A stretch of 61,800 bases of DNA, filler included, from Nemertoderma westbladi (Eukaryota; Animalia; Xenacoelomorpha), in the NCBI GenBank assembly GCA_032718475.1. It is 3 parts of 3 records of this genome, joined end to end, with 100 filler letters (N's around TTAATTAATTAA, not from the genome) between each part and the next. Parts side by side here need not be neighbours in the genome. Positions count along the whole stretch, not along the records: positions 24,193 to 54,341 come from JAUCBJ010007797.1; positions 54,442 to 61,800 come from JAUCBJ010006129.1; 1 more part is not named here. The stretch is one strand, 5' to 3'. The notes beneath the pieces were generated by a model, which was not told the DNA's origin, did not search any database, and saw only the letters and a program-made list of their open reading frames with translations. Position numbers and translations under genes: made by a program. This document shows, one piece after another, positions 49,401 to 61,800 of the stretch (positions are counted from its first letter, which is position 1; every line of letters begins with the position of its first letter).

Positions 49401-50918
49401 TAAACTGCTCCACCTACTGTAGTTAACACACACCGTGGTTTGGGAGATTATTCACACTAAACTGCTCCACCTACTGTAGTTAACACACAGGGGGGTTTGG
49501 GAGATTGTTCACACTAAACTGCTCCACCCACTGTAGTTAACACACAGCGTGGTATGGGAGATTGTTCACACTAAACTGCTCTACCAAATGTAGTTAACAC
49601 ACACCATGTATAGGATATTGTTCACACTAAACTGCTTCACCCACTGTAGTTAACACACAGCGTGGTTTGGGAGATTGTTCACACTAAACTTCTCCACCCA
49701 CTGTAGTTAACACACACTGTGGTTTGGGAGATTGTTCACACTAAACTGCTCCACCTACTGTAGTTAACACACAGCGTGGTATGGGAGATTGTTCACACTA
49801 AACTGCTCCACCTACTGTAGTTAACACACACCGTGGTTTGGGAGATTATTCACACTAAACTGCTCCACCTACTGTAGTTAACACACAGGGGGGTTTGGGA
49901 GATTGTTCACACTAAACTGCTCCACCTACTGTAGTTAACACACAGCGTGGTATGGGAGATTGTTCACACTAAACTGCTCTACCAAATGTAGTTAACACTC
50001 ACCATGTATAGGATATTGTTCACACTAAACTGCTTCACCCACTGTAGTTAACACACAGCGTGGTTTGGGAGATTGTTCACACTAAACTTCTCCACCCACT
50101 GTAGTTAACACACACCGTGGTTTGGGAGATTGTTCACACTAAACTGCTCCACCTACTGTAGTTAACACACAGCGTGGTATGGGAGATTGTTCACACTAAA
50201 CTGCTCTACCAAATGTAGTTAACACACACCATGTATAGGATATTGTTCACACTAAACTGCTTCACCCACTGTAGTTAACACACAGCGTGGTTTGGGATAT
50301 TGTTCACACTAAACTGCTCTACCAAATGTAGTTAACACACACCATGTATAGGATATTGTTCACACTAAACTGCTTCACCCACTGTAGTTAACACACACCG
50401 TGGTTTGGGAGATTGTTCACACTAAACTGCTCCACCTACTGTAGTTAACACACAGCGTGGTTTGGGATATTGTTCACACTAAACTGCTCTACCAAATGTA
50501 GTTAACACACACCATGTATAGGATATTGTTCACACTAAACTGCTTCACCCACTGTAGTTAACACACACCATGGTTTGGGAGATTGGTCACACTAAACAGC
50601 TCCACCCACTGTAGTTAACACACAGCGTGGTTTGGGAGATTGTTCACACTAAACTGCTCCACCTACTGTAGTTAACATACAGGGGGGTTTGGGAGATTGT
50701 TCACACTAAACTGCTCCACCCACTGCAGTTAACAAAAACCATGGTATGGGAGATTGTTCACACTAAACTGCTCCACCTACTGTAGTTAACACACACCGTG
50801 GTTTGGGAGATTATTCACACTAAACTGCTCCACCCACTGTAGTTAACACACACCGCGGCTAGGGAGATTGTTCACCCAAACTAAAATGCTCCACCCATCA
50901 CACCACTACTGTAGTTAA
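40497..50918. repeat. Intronic 57-bp minisatellite, ~180 copies, tektin intron 2
   Basis: GGGAGATTGTTCACACTAAAC(T/A)GCTCCACCCACTGTAGTTATCACACACCGTGGTTT tandemly repeated for ~10.4 kb with a small set of variants. Confidence 0.98.
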
Positions 50919-50940
50919 CAATATTGTAATGACCAGTGAT

Positions 50941-51003
50941 GTTCAACTAGTTGAAAGTTCAACAAGTTGAAAGTTCAACTACTTGAAAGTTCAACTAGTT
51001 AAG
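50941..51003. repeat. 16-bp palindromic tandem repeat GTTCAACTAGTTGAAA x4
   Basis: TTCAACTAGTTGAA is a perfect palindrome; four near-identical copies. Confidence 0.85.
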
Positions 51004-51335
51004 TTATAATTTAATGTTATTTAGTTAAAGGGGTTTTATGTAACTTGTCACTGCGAATTTAGTTAGTAAACGGTTTGTTTTTAATAATTGACTTTCAACT
51101 AAAATCTAACTAAATTCCGAAAGCTGAAATCTTTCGGGTTTATAGAGTTTTCTATGTCCCCCTTGTCCTTCGACTGTTCTGAACCATCTCGACTGAATGC
51201 TCTCTAAACAATAATACCTAATAACACCTGTAAATAATAGTAATAACACTTATAGTTAAGTTAACATAGTGTTAATCATAATGAAAAGCCATATTCAATT
51301 AGTTTGTGAGATGTTGCGAAACGGCAATAACAACC

Positions 51336-51349
51336 GTTGCTATGGTTAC
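51336..51349. promoter_or_regulatory. Intronic RFX X-box-like motif GTTGCTATGGTTAC
   Basis: Matches the X-box consensus; ~180 bp into tektin intron 2. May be repeat-borne. Confidence 0.4.
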
Positions 51350-51527
51350 AGGAAATATTCAAAATTTTGGTATTTAGTTAGGTTTTAGTTGAATTTTCAA
51401 TTATATTTAGCTAAACAACTCAAATTTAGTAGAAATAATTAGTTAACTTGTCATTTATATTTATTTATTTGGGTTTATTTGGTCTCTAAAAAATTAGATG
51501 AACAGTACTGGCCCAATGACCCTTTAC

Positions 51528-51645
51528 CTTTGCCTCCAAAGCCTGCTCACATAGTTCTTTGTCACTTCGAAGTCTGTTAATTTCAGCGTCGAGATGAGCT
51601 CGTGTTCTTTCTAACACTTCCTTCCAGTCTGCAATACCTTCGCAT
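51528..51645 (-). CDS. TEKT2: Tektin-2 coding exon 2
   Basis: CEGIADWKEVLERTRAHLDAEINRLRSDKELCEQALEAK; TAG acceptor, GTAAAG donor; phase 2 to 0. Confidence 0.9.
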
Positions 51646-52708
51646 CTATGAAATGTTTAGAAATGAAACTATTAGTCCTATCCCTATATTTCACAGTTTA
51701 AATATTGTGTGAGATCTTAAATAAGATAATCGATTATCGATAATGTTAATTGTATCATAATATAGCATAATTGTAATTTACATTTAATTGCCAAGAAAAC
51801 AATGAATTAAAGTCTATTTTTTTAAATTTGGCAGCAGCTTATTTTTGCTACTGTATGACGTCAAAAGTGTGTTTTTAGTGTACGGGTCTGCTTTTGGAGT
51901 AATTCCTCTGTATCTTTGAATTAGGTTTATTGGCAAAACCGAGATTTCGTGACTTTTCCTAAAATTTAAAGGGCTATCCAACATAGCAAACGCCATTTAC
52001 ATGGCTATATTAGTTTTCGTGCTGTGGTCCTTTTACTGGCACCCATCTCCAGTATTTTTCGTGCTAAAATTTTCAAAAGTTTATATGGGTTAATTTATTT
52101 GCGGTATATAGCGGTTCTTTTGGATGCTGCTTAAGTTTGCAGGACTCATAGATAACATTCGATAATTTTTTATTTATTTTGAATGTGCCCCTTGGGGCAC
52201 GAAAAAAACAAGTGGTGCAAATATGATAATGAAAAATCACCACAAAATCAAATTGATTTTATGACTCTATGGGAGTTTCCGATGCTGATCACGAATATGA
52301 CACTAAAATACAGTAGGCCTATATCGTAACTTGTTGATTAGGGCATTTTGGGATATGTGTCAATGCGCGGCACGAAAAATAGAAGAAGCACAAATTTTAT
52401 AATTAAAAATCATTTCGAAGTCAACCTGATTTTTAGACATTATGGGTTTTCTGGGACGCTGATCACGAATATGACAATCAAAAATATAGTATTATCCTTA
52501 TCCAACCAAATTCGATTTTTCCCGTTTGAAATTTTATGCTACTTTTATTTTTGTCCCACCAGACAAGCACCAAAACGATAGTTGCGTTACCACGAATGAT
52601 TTTTAACGACTTGCATCCTGATCAGCGACTTTCAAAACCAGTATAACCCCAGAATTACCAAACCGATTCATGTACAACACATAAACAATATATAACTTAT
52701 ATACAAAC

Positions 52709-52905
52709 CTATTTGTCAATCTCGTAGTATTGTCGTGCTGCTGCCATTTTGTTAAGTTTTCTGTTTCGTTTTTAAGCCATCGACCTTCTTGTCTTATCTG
52801 ATGCGATGTATCTCTAGATCTTTCAGCATTCGTAGCTATCGCATAGTTCGATGTGTGCCAGTCGGGAACTCGATAATGCAGAGAAGGTTTAATTTCCGTT
52901 GCCAT
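52709..52905 (-). CDS. TEKT2: Tektin-2 coding exon 1
   Basis: MATEIKPSLHYRVPDWHTSNYAIATNAERSRDTSHQIRQEGRWLKNETENLTKWQQHDNTTRLTN resembles the TEKT2/tektin-B N-terminus (PDWHT, SHQIRQE); donor GTTTGT. Confidence 0.93.
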
Positions 52906-53088
52906 TATTTATGATAACTTCCGTACAGTATAATTAATTATGTTATCTAACCCGCACAAGAAATAATTCGAAAAAAATTAAAAGTTAGCGATTAGGTGTA
53001 GTTAGTACTGCATAGGCCTACTGAATCTGATAGCTAAAATATGAATTTCGTGTTTAGATTGAATTTATTAGAAACATTAGTTTATTTC

Positions 53089-53101
53089 GTTGCATGGCAA
53101 C
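53089..53101. promoter_or_regulatory. RFX X-box GTTGCATGGCAAC in the tektin-2 promoter, with nearby CCAAT
   Basis: Near-palindromic X-box ~185 bp upstream of the ATG of a ciliary gene; GCCAAT at 53116-53121. Confidence 0.7.
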
Positions 53102-54341
53102 TTTCCATAGAAGTGGCCAATCACATATCGCCATTTCTATTGAATCAACTGTGTTTGCGGGCAAATAGTAAAAGCAGTTACACTTCACGTGAGAGCACGA
53201 GAGAGAAAATACGACGGTTTGGTCTCGCATTTTTAACTGACTGTCTGTTTGAACCGACTCACGACTGAACGCGGTGACTGTCTGTCGCTATCGCACTTCC
53301 AGACATCAAAATAATTAATAACGTGATAGACGTACTTCGGACTGATTATCGACTCACATACTGATTCCATTCCAAAAAAAGGTATCGAAATCCTCAGTTT
53401 GATTTTATAAGCAGCGCATAACATATCCTCCGACTAATAGATTTTTAGCTACTTCATCCGTTCACCGAATATGGTTTAATAATAAGTGGAAGTGCCGCTA
53501 ACTGTATTATGAAACCTATACGTATGAAAATAGTAAAATTAGGTCCGCCATGATCCTTAGCAACTCACAAGCATCATCAACCCCGTTTTACAATTACAAA
53601 TTACTGTAATGTCCGCTCAATAGGTACTGTAATCATGAAATTGGAAAAGGCGAGGTAAATCCATATCGGAGTAATAGTTTTACAAAATTATTGACTTTCC
53701 ACTCTTATAAACACTATTTTAGATCTGTAAAAAGCCAATATTTTTATGTACCTTACAAACGACTTATCATTGCGTAACTCTCTCTCCATTGCAAGAGAAC
53801 AATCACCTGGAACAGCCTGTCCCCTTTCCTCAAAGGATAAAAATAGAAAAACGTTTTAAGAGTCAAACAAAACGGAACTCTTCTCGAATCAATCGTTTAA
53901 ATCTCAACAAATCTCTACACATCAATAACACAAATTTCTAAATTATAAGTAGGCCTAATAGTTTTTTCCTTTTCTATCTTTCTGTATATTTATTTCTTTT
54001 CTATTTATTCCTTCTGTAATTCTAAACATACCTTCCCCGGACATTAACGTCATATAATTTAACGATCGCGCGCCCACTTTACGGCCCCCAATTATGCACG
54101 GTGACTTAACTCAACTTACATGTGCATTTAAATCGTGGGGTCAGTGGTTGTACAGTATATATCAACAAATATCCTTGACCGAGGCCGATAACGGACATCT
54201 TCGTTCGAAGTTTACGTAGGCTCATATACAGGTCTTCCAGACGGTCAGTTTGGTTTTTTATCAAAACTGCTCCAATTTCTCCCATATTTAAAACATGCAG
54301 TCCCTGACATCACACAGAACTTGCACAGCTTTGACAGCACA

Positions 54342-54441
54342 NNNNNNNNNNNNNNNNNNNNNNNNNNNNNNNNNNNNNNNNNNNNTTAATTAATTAANNN
54401 NNNNNNNNNNNNNNNNNNNNNNNNNNNNNNNNNNNNNNNNN
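54342..54441. other. Assembly gap with TTAATTAATTAA stop linker
   Basis: 44 N + 12-mer + 44 N. Confidence 0.97.
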
Positions 54442-56093
54442 GTTAGAGAACATTTTTAGAGTATTCCAGCGCCTGGGGGGAAACTGGATTGCGAAGCAAA
54501 GGGGCCAGTTATATCCCACAGAAGCTTTTACACTTTTTTTACTTTACTTTACAACTACTGTAGCATATTTCAGTTGAACCTGATGGTTGGTTCTATAATT
54601 ACAGTACAGCTACTTTTACGTTTCTGTCAATTCGCCCCCTAGCGGCAGACAGAGGTGCTATAGAAGTCTGTCTGTTTGTAGAATTTCTAAACTACAGTAC
54701 ATGTTTACCAAGTTTGGTTCCATTTCATTCATGATTGACCGACTTAATTAGCGTTCAAACTTCAAACATTTAGCCACATACAGTACAAACAAACTAATAA
54801 AAGCTGCAGGAACTCGAGAAGCTTCAGTGAAAATATTTTATGTATTAAAGTATTGTTTATGATTGTTACCTAGTGATAGCAGGTAACGTCAGCTGGCAGC
54901 TGGCGGTGAAGAGAACTGGAGAATCAATCACGATTCACGTTAATGCTGTAATCTGTAATGTAGGCCTATGTCATACAGTCATATGTGGCTGTACCATGTA
55001 CAGCTGTATGCTGGTATGGCTGTACTGCTGTATGCTGGTACCGGCATGGCCTAGGTACCGGTATGCATGGTGCACATCGGAAATTTATATTCCTGTATTC
55101 TTAAGTTCAGAAGTTAGAAATACTGACTGACTGATCTAGGCTTATGAAATACCTGCTTGTTTTCTACTGTTGTACCGGTAATTACTGAATTAAATTATTA
55201 AATTTAAGGCAGGTCAGCAGGTTGCAGGCTGCACCAGCCCTTTCAGCACACAGCACCTTACCGCCTTACCTGTCAGCCTGTACCCGGCAGCCCGGCGTAG
55301 CATATTTCAGCATTTCTGCGGCTGCGCCAGCTGCCAGTGGCCAGCTCCCGGCGCAAGTTGAAATGCTGCGCCGACGAGACTACTTCGCTTTTATTTGATT
55401 TGATTTTTCAGCACTTAGGCCCTACCGGTATCTGCGGATCTGTTTCATCTGTTCATTATAAAGTCAGGAACACTGGTCACAATTTGTCCAAACAGTCCAT
55501 TTACTGATTTACAGCCAAAATGTTTCCGCGGAAAACGCTTTCATAGGCCTAGTGAAATTTCTCCATAGAAAACAATGCTACCGGTAAATTTAATTTGAAA
55601 ACCGGCAGTGAAATTTGAACATTGGCATTCTAAAAATTCTGAAATTATGACATTTCTGCATTTGAATCGCCTTAAAACAGTAAAATTCTGTATAAATTAA
55701 TTTGAGAATTAGAATCTCATCGTTGGGATAACTATAAACGATAACTATAAATATTAAACTGTTGAAAATAAAAAATGGTCACATTATGTGCCCAGCCAGC
55801 CAGCTTCTGATTTGAACACTACACACTAGGCCGAGTGGAGTTGCACCCAAAATCTGAAAATATGTCCGAAAATCGTCTGATCGCAGCCTGTGAAGGACAA
55901 ATACGGTAGTCCATAGTCAGATAGTGGCTGCACGGAATTTCTAGCTGTAAATATGTGGACAATTTTTGGCTGAGCTCCAGCCAGAATGTGACCAGTGTTC
56001 CTAACTTCAGTGAACTTATACATCTGACCTGCGCAGTTGGCTGGTTTGCGTCTCCTGACAGCCTGACTACCTCTGTACCTCCTGCCATCCAAC

Positions 56094-56981
56094 ATGTCGT
56101 TAACACTACACTTCCGTCTCCGATCCCCACCCCAATCCCCCCGTTTCCATTTCCCCCTTACTTCAATCAACTGTCACCGATTATCCTTGCGTCTCTACAC
56201 AACGGTTCCGCGACAAATAAAACCACATGAACCCAAAATCTGTCGTTCTGAACGGATTAAACGGGGTTATGAGAAACAACAGCGGACAATAGACGATATG
56301 ACCGGATCCTATTCCCTTCAAAACCGGTTGCTGTTCTACACGGCAGCGAGTTTATTCGTCGCATTAATGGGTGCCGTAATGCCGTACTGGCGAAATCGGG
56401 AATATTACGAGATTATAAAGGATGAATACACCTGGGCGAAAATTCAGGAGAACGATATGAAACTAACGGTGCGCGGGTTGAAAAGGTTGGGGATTCTGGC
56501 GCAGAATGCGCCGGAAGAAGGTTGGGGGACACCCGAAACGGATGGAACATCCGGAGCGAAACAGGGGACATCCGAGACAAAGGGAGGAGCGTCTACTGGG
56601 ACATCGGGAATACTGCTTGTGGGATCTGCTGCCACCAAAACGCAACAGGAACAGGATACCCCAGAAGTCCCGGAACGTTCCAAAATTGGATTCCGGAACC
56701 GGAAGTTTATCGAGTACGAAGACCGCATCCGTATGTACTCGACCCCGGATAAAATATTCCGGTACTTTGCGACACTCCGGGTGGAGACGGGCCCCGGAGC
56801 GCAGGACTTCGTCGCCTACATGACGCCGGAGGATTTCGTGCGTTCGGTAACTCCAGGCGCGTTGCAGCCGGCCGGATTGGGGTTAGATCAGTTCCGGAGG
56901 TTCAACCCAGATAAACCCCGCCCTCCCTCCTCCAAGGGATCCGTCTTCAATATTTTCTCCGGAGGATTAATTTCTTTCGAG
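56094..56981 (+). CDS. MICU1: Mitochondrial calcium uptake protein 1, coding exon 1
   Basis: CAACATG start, Arg/Ser/Leu-rich transit-peptide-like N-terminus, hydrophobic segment, KIGFRNRKFIEYEDRIRMYSTPDKIFRYFATLRV and YMTPEDFVRSVTPG MICU1 motifs; donor GAG/GTAAGA. Confidence 0.9.
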
Positions 56982-57321
56982 GTAAGAAATTGTGTGAAAG
57001 AAATAAAATACTTTTGTTCGTTGGTCCGATGTGAGAGGGGGGGGGGGGGGGGGGGGCTCTTCACGCTATCAAAATTAATTTTTCCACAGGGGAAATTGTT
57101 GAGTTATTTCACATTGTGACGAGATGAGATATTAATTCACCGACACACGATATTACTATGGCTATCATTAGTATGAAATTGAAATTTGATTTTCATGCTG
57201 TTATATGTGTTTTCATTTCAGAATACAATCAATACAATAACAGTAAGTAAGTGATACCCTAATATACTGGGCTTGTAGCTGTTGTAGGGCTACGTTTCTT
57301 TAGTATCATGTGCCCACCATA

Positions 57322-60300
57322 TGTACATCGCTACTCAACCCTATATACACCGCTACTCAACCCTATATACAACGCTACTCAACCCTATATACATCACTAC
57401 TCAACCCTATATACAACGCTACTCAACCCTATATACGCCGCTACTCAACCCTATATACACCGCTACTCAACCCTATATACAACGCTACTCAACCCTATAT
57501 ACACCGCTACTCAACCATATATACAACGCTACTCAACCCTATATACGCCGCTACTCAACCCTATATACACCGCTACTCAACCCTATATACACCTCTACCT
57601 ACACTCAACCCTATATACAACGCTAGTCAACCCTATATACACCTCTACCTACACTCAACCCTATATACACCGCTACTCAACCCTATATACACCGCTACTC
57701 AACCCTATATACACCTCTACCTACACTCAACCCTATATACACCGCTACTCAACCCTATATACGCCGCTACTCAACCCTATATACACCGCTACTCAACCCT
57801 ATATACACCTCTACCTACACTCAACCCTATATACAACGCTACTCAACCCTATATACGCCGCTACTCAACCCTATATACACCGCTACTCAACCCTATATAC
57901 ACCTCTACCTACACTCAACCCTATATACAACGCTACTCAACCCTATATACACCGCTACTCAACCCTATATACACCGCTACTCAACCCTATATACAACGCT
58001 ACTCAACCCTATATACAACGCTACTCAACCCTATATACACACCGCTACTCAACCCTTTATACACCGCTACTCAACCCTATATACACCGCTCTCAACCCTT
58101 TATACACCGCTACTCAACCCTATATACACCGCTCTCAACCCTATATACACCGCTACTCAACCCTATATACACCGCTACTCAACCCTATATACACCTCTAC
58201 CTACACTCAACCCTATATACAACGCTACTCAACCCTATATACACCGCTACTCAACCCTATATACACCTCTACCTACACTCAACCCTATATACAACGCTAC
58301 TCAACCCTATATACACCGCTACTCAACCCTATATACGCCGCTACTCAACCCTATATACAACGCTACTCAACCCTATATACACCGCTACTCAACCCTATAT
58401 ACAACGCTACTCAACCCTATATACACCGATACTCAACCCTATATACGCCGCTACTCAACCCTATATACAACGCTACTCAACCCTATATACACCGCTACTC
58501 AACCCTATATACAACGCTACTCAACCCTATATACACCGATACTCAACCCTACATATATACACCGCTACTCAACCCTATATACACCGCTACTCAACCCTAT
58601 ATACAACGCTACTCAACCCTATATACACCGATACTCAACCCTACATATATACACCGCTACTCAACCCTATATACACCGCTACTCAACCCTATATACACCG
58701 TTACTCATCCCTATATACACCGCTACTCAACCCTATATACAACGCTACTCAACCCTATATACACCGATACTCAACCCTATATACGCCGCTACTCAACCCT
58801 ATATACAACGCTACTCAACCCTATATACACCGCTACTCAACCCTATATACAACGCTACTCAACCCTATATACACCGCTACTCAACCCTATATACGCCGCT
58901 ACTCAACCCTATATACAACGCTACTCAACCCTATATACACCGCTACTCAACCCTATATACACCGCTACTCAACCCTATATACACCGCTACTCAACCCTAT
59001 ATACACCGCTACTCAACCCTATATACACCGCTACTCAACCCTATATACACCGCTACTCAACCCTATATACACCGCTACTCAACCCTATATACACCGCTAC
59101 TCAACCCTATATACACCGCTACTCAACCCTATATACACCGCTACTCAACCCTATATACACCGCTACTCAACCCTATATACACCGCTACTCAACCCTATAT
59201 ACACCGCTACTCAACCCTATATACACCGCTACTCAACCCTATATACACCGCTACTCAACCCTATATACACCGCTACTCAACCCTTATATACACCGCTACT
59301 CAACCCTATATACACCGCTACTCAACCCTATATACACCGCTACTCAACCCTATATACACCGCTACTCAACCCTATATACACCGCTACTCAACCCTATATA
59401 CACCGCTACTCAACCCTATATACACCGCTACTCAACCCTATATACACCGCTACTCAACCCTATATACACCGCTACTCAACCCTATATACACCGCTACTCA
59501 ACCCTATATACACCGCTACTCAACCCTATATACACCGCTACTCAACCCTATATACGCCGCTACTCAACCCTATATACAACGCTACTCAACCCTATATACA
59601 CCGCTACTCAACCCTATATACAACGCTACTCAACCCTATATACACCGATACTCAACCCTATATACGCCGCTACTCAACCCTATATACAACGCTACTCAAC
59701 CCTATATACACCGCTACTCAACCCTATATACAACGCTACTCAACCCTATATACACCGATACTCAACCCTACATATATACACCGCTACTCAACCCTATATA
59801 CACCGCTACTCAACCCTATATACAACGCTACTCAACCCTATATACACCGATACTCAACCCTACATATATACACCGCTACTCAACCCTATATACACCGCTA
59901 CTCAACCCTATATACACCGCTACTCAACCCTATATACACCGCTACTCAACCCTATATACAACGCTACTCAACCCTATATACACCGCTACTCAACCCTATA
60001 TACACCGCTACTCAACCCTATATACACCGCTACTCAACCCTATATACACCGCTACTCAACCCTATATACGCCGCTACTCAACCCTATATACACCGCTACT
60101 CAACCCTATATACACCGCTACTCAACCCTATATACAACGCTACTCAACCCTATATACACCGCTACTCAACCCTACATATATACACCGCTACTCAACCCTA
60201 TATACACCGCTACTCAACCCTATATACACCGCTACTCAACCCTATATACACCGCTACTCAACCCTACATATATACACCGCTACTCAACCCTATATACACC

Positions 60301-60795
60301 GCTACTCAACCCTATATACACCGCTACTCAACCCTATATACACCGCTCCTAACTCAACCCTATATACAACGCTACTCAACCCTATATACACCGCTACTCA
60401 ACCCTATATACGCCGTTACTCAACCCTATATACAACGCTACTCAACCCTATATACACCGCTACTCAACCCTATATACAACGCTACTCAACCCTATATACG
60501 CCGCTACTCAACCCTATATACAACGCTACTCAACCCTATATACACCGCTACTCAACCCTATATACGCCGCTACTCAACCCTATATACACCGCTACTCAAC
60601 CCTATATACGCCGCTACTCAACCCTATATACAACGCTACTCAACCCTATATACACCGCTACTCAACCCTATATACAACGCTACTCAACCCTATATACACC
60701 GATACTCAACCCTACATATATACACCGCTACTCAACCCTATATACACCGCTACTCAACCCTATATACACCGTTACTCATCCCTATATACACCGCT
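57322..60795. repeat. Intronic 22-bp minisatellite, ~155 copies, MICU1 intron 1
   Basis: CCGCTACTCAACCCTATATACA tandem array for ~3.5 kb. Confidence 0.98.
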
Positions 60796-60812
60796 TCTAA
60801 TCCCCTACCTAG

Positions 60813-61010
60813 GACTACGTGTTTCTCCTCACCGTGGTATCAACCCCACCTCGTAACTTCCGGATCGGTTTCCGAATGTTCGACCTCAACGGGGACGGTA
60901 ACATAGACCACGCGGAGTTCGCTCGTATCCAATCGGTTATCCGGTCGCAGACAGAGACTGGGAAACGTCACAGAGATCGGGTAACCACCGGCAACGTGAT
61001 GCACTCGGAG
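60813..61010 (+). CDS. MICU1: MICU1 coding exon 2 (EF-hand 1)
   Basis: [36 protein letters not shown]...[12 protein letters not shown]; TAG acceptor, GTGAGT donor; phase 0. Confidence 0.93.
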
Positions 61011-61310
61011 GTGAGTCATAGAGACAGTGTAACCACGAGCAATGTTGTTACATAAAAGTCTAGAGTCTGAGCTTTTTGTTTATTGAATTCCAGGTCCCAC
61101 CACATTGCACACACAAAGTGGTGGGACCTGTTCTGGAATTCAATAAACAATCGCATACCTTTATAGAAAATCAACATCCGTTTTAGGCGAATGAAATAGT
61201 TTTCTAAGTTGATTGAATCAGCTTTATTTACATTGTGTTGTTTTGGCCCTACGGTTAATGTACTTCTCGTTATTCGGTTTAGATTATCTCTCATTGTCAA
61301 TTATTTACAG

Positions 61311-61800
61311 GTTTCATCTGGATTATCCGATCTCTTCTTCGGGCCCAAGAGAGACAAGAAGCTGACCTTGTCCACCTTCATGTCGTTCTACGACAGATTC
61401 CACTCGGAGTTCGCCGCGTTGGAGTTCCAGCGGTACCTCAACCACTCCTCAACATCGATAACGCCCGTCGCATTCGCTAAACTCTTCACTCAATACTCGG
61501 GACTCAACCCAAAGTATCGCAAGAAGATGTTGAAGCGCGTCTCCAAGAAGTTCCCGTCCGGGAGCTCCCGCGGGGTAACTCTGGCGGATTACCACACGGT
61601 CATGTCAATGACGCGATGTTCCAGGGACATCGACGAAGCCTTGAAGTTCTATCGTATCGCTGGCGTCGATATAACCGCAGACGCACTCAAACACACCGTC
61701 AAATCGGTCGCCGATGTCCATATCAACGACTACGTCATGGACATTCTCATGGCCATGTTCGACGACAATTACAACGGGCTCCTAAACCGCAAGCAGTTTA
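61311..61800 (+). CDS. MICU1: MICU1 coding exon 3 (runs off window, reaches C-terminal EF-hand)
   Basis: TTACAG acceptor; VSSGLSDLFFGPKRDKKLTLSTF...ALEF...MFDDNYNGLLNRKQF, open to the edge. Confidence 0.9.

Noticed and set aside
40497-50918. CRISPR-like appearance (constant repeat plus variable segment)
   Set aside because: The variable parts are a few related alleles rather than unique spacers, there are no cas genes, and the context is a spliceosomal intron.
52905-56094. Shared bidirectional promoter for TEKT2 and MICU1
   Set aside because: A scaffold gap of unknown true size separates the two starts, so the distance and adjacency cannot be trusted.
57308-60906. 1014 aa and 1198 aa ORFs
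   Set aside because: Read-through of a stop-free 22-bp minisatellite inside MICU1 intron 1.

Overview
Eukaryotic (invertebrate-metazoan-like) genomic window with two 100-nt scaffold gaps (24093-24192, 54342-54441). Two host genes lie head-to-head. A tektin-2 gene on the minus strand has six coding exons between 52905 and 28553, an RFX X-box upstream, and no final exon(s) visible in the window. A MICU1 gene on the plus strand has three exons from 56094 and runs off the right edge. Their introns are inflated by minisatellite arrays (54/55 bp x ~160, 57 bp x ~180, 22 bp x ~155), which generate the spurious 1000-3000 aa ORFs; at least one array appears to be built from the adjacent splice junction. 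The left 27 kb is a transposon nest: two copies of a non-autonomous LTR retroelement carrying BEL/Pao-type gag/protease remnants, a third gag-PR segment joined through a perfect palindrome, an RTE LINE with a 74-bp target-site duplication inside one LTR, a Crack/L2-type LINE and a stop-riddled unknown ORF. The most notable signal is that the LTR elements lack a TGG tRNA primer-binding site. They carry instead a 9-nt site complementary to their own LTR, with a compensatory substitution between the two copies. This is a Tf1-like self-priming architecture attached to BEL/Pao-type coding sequence, and the 3' regions also carry arrays of short repeated hairpins.
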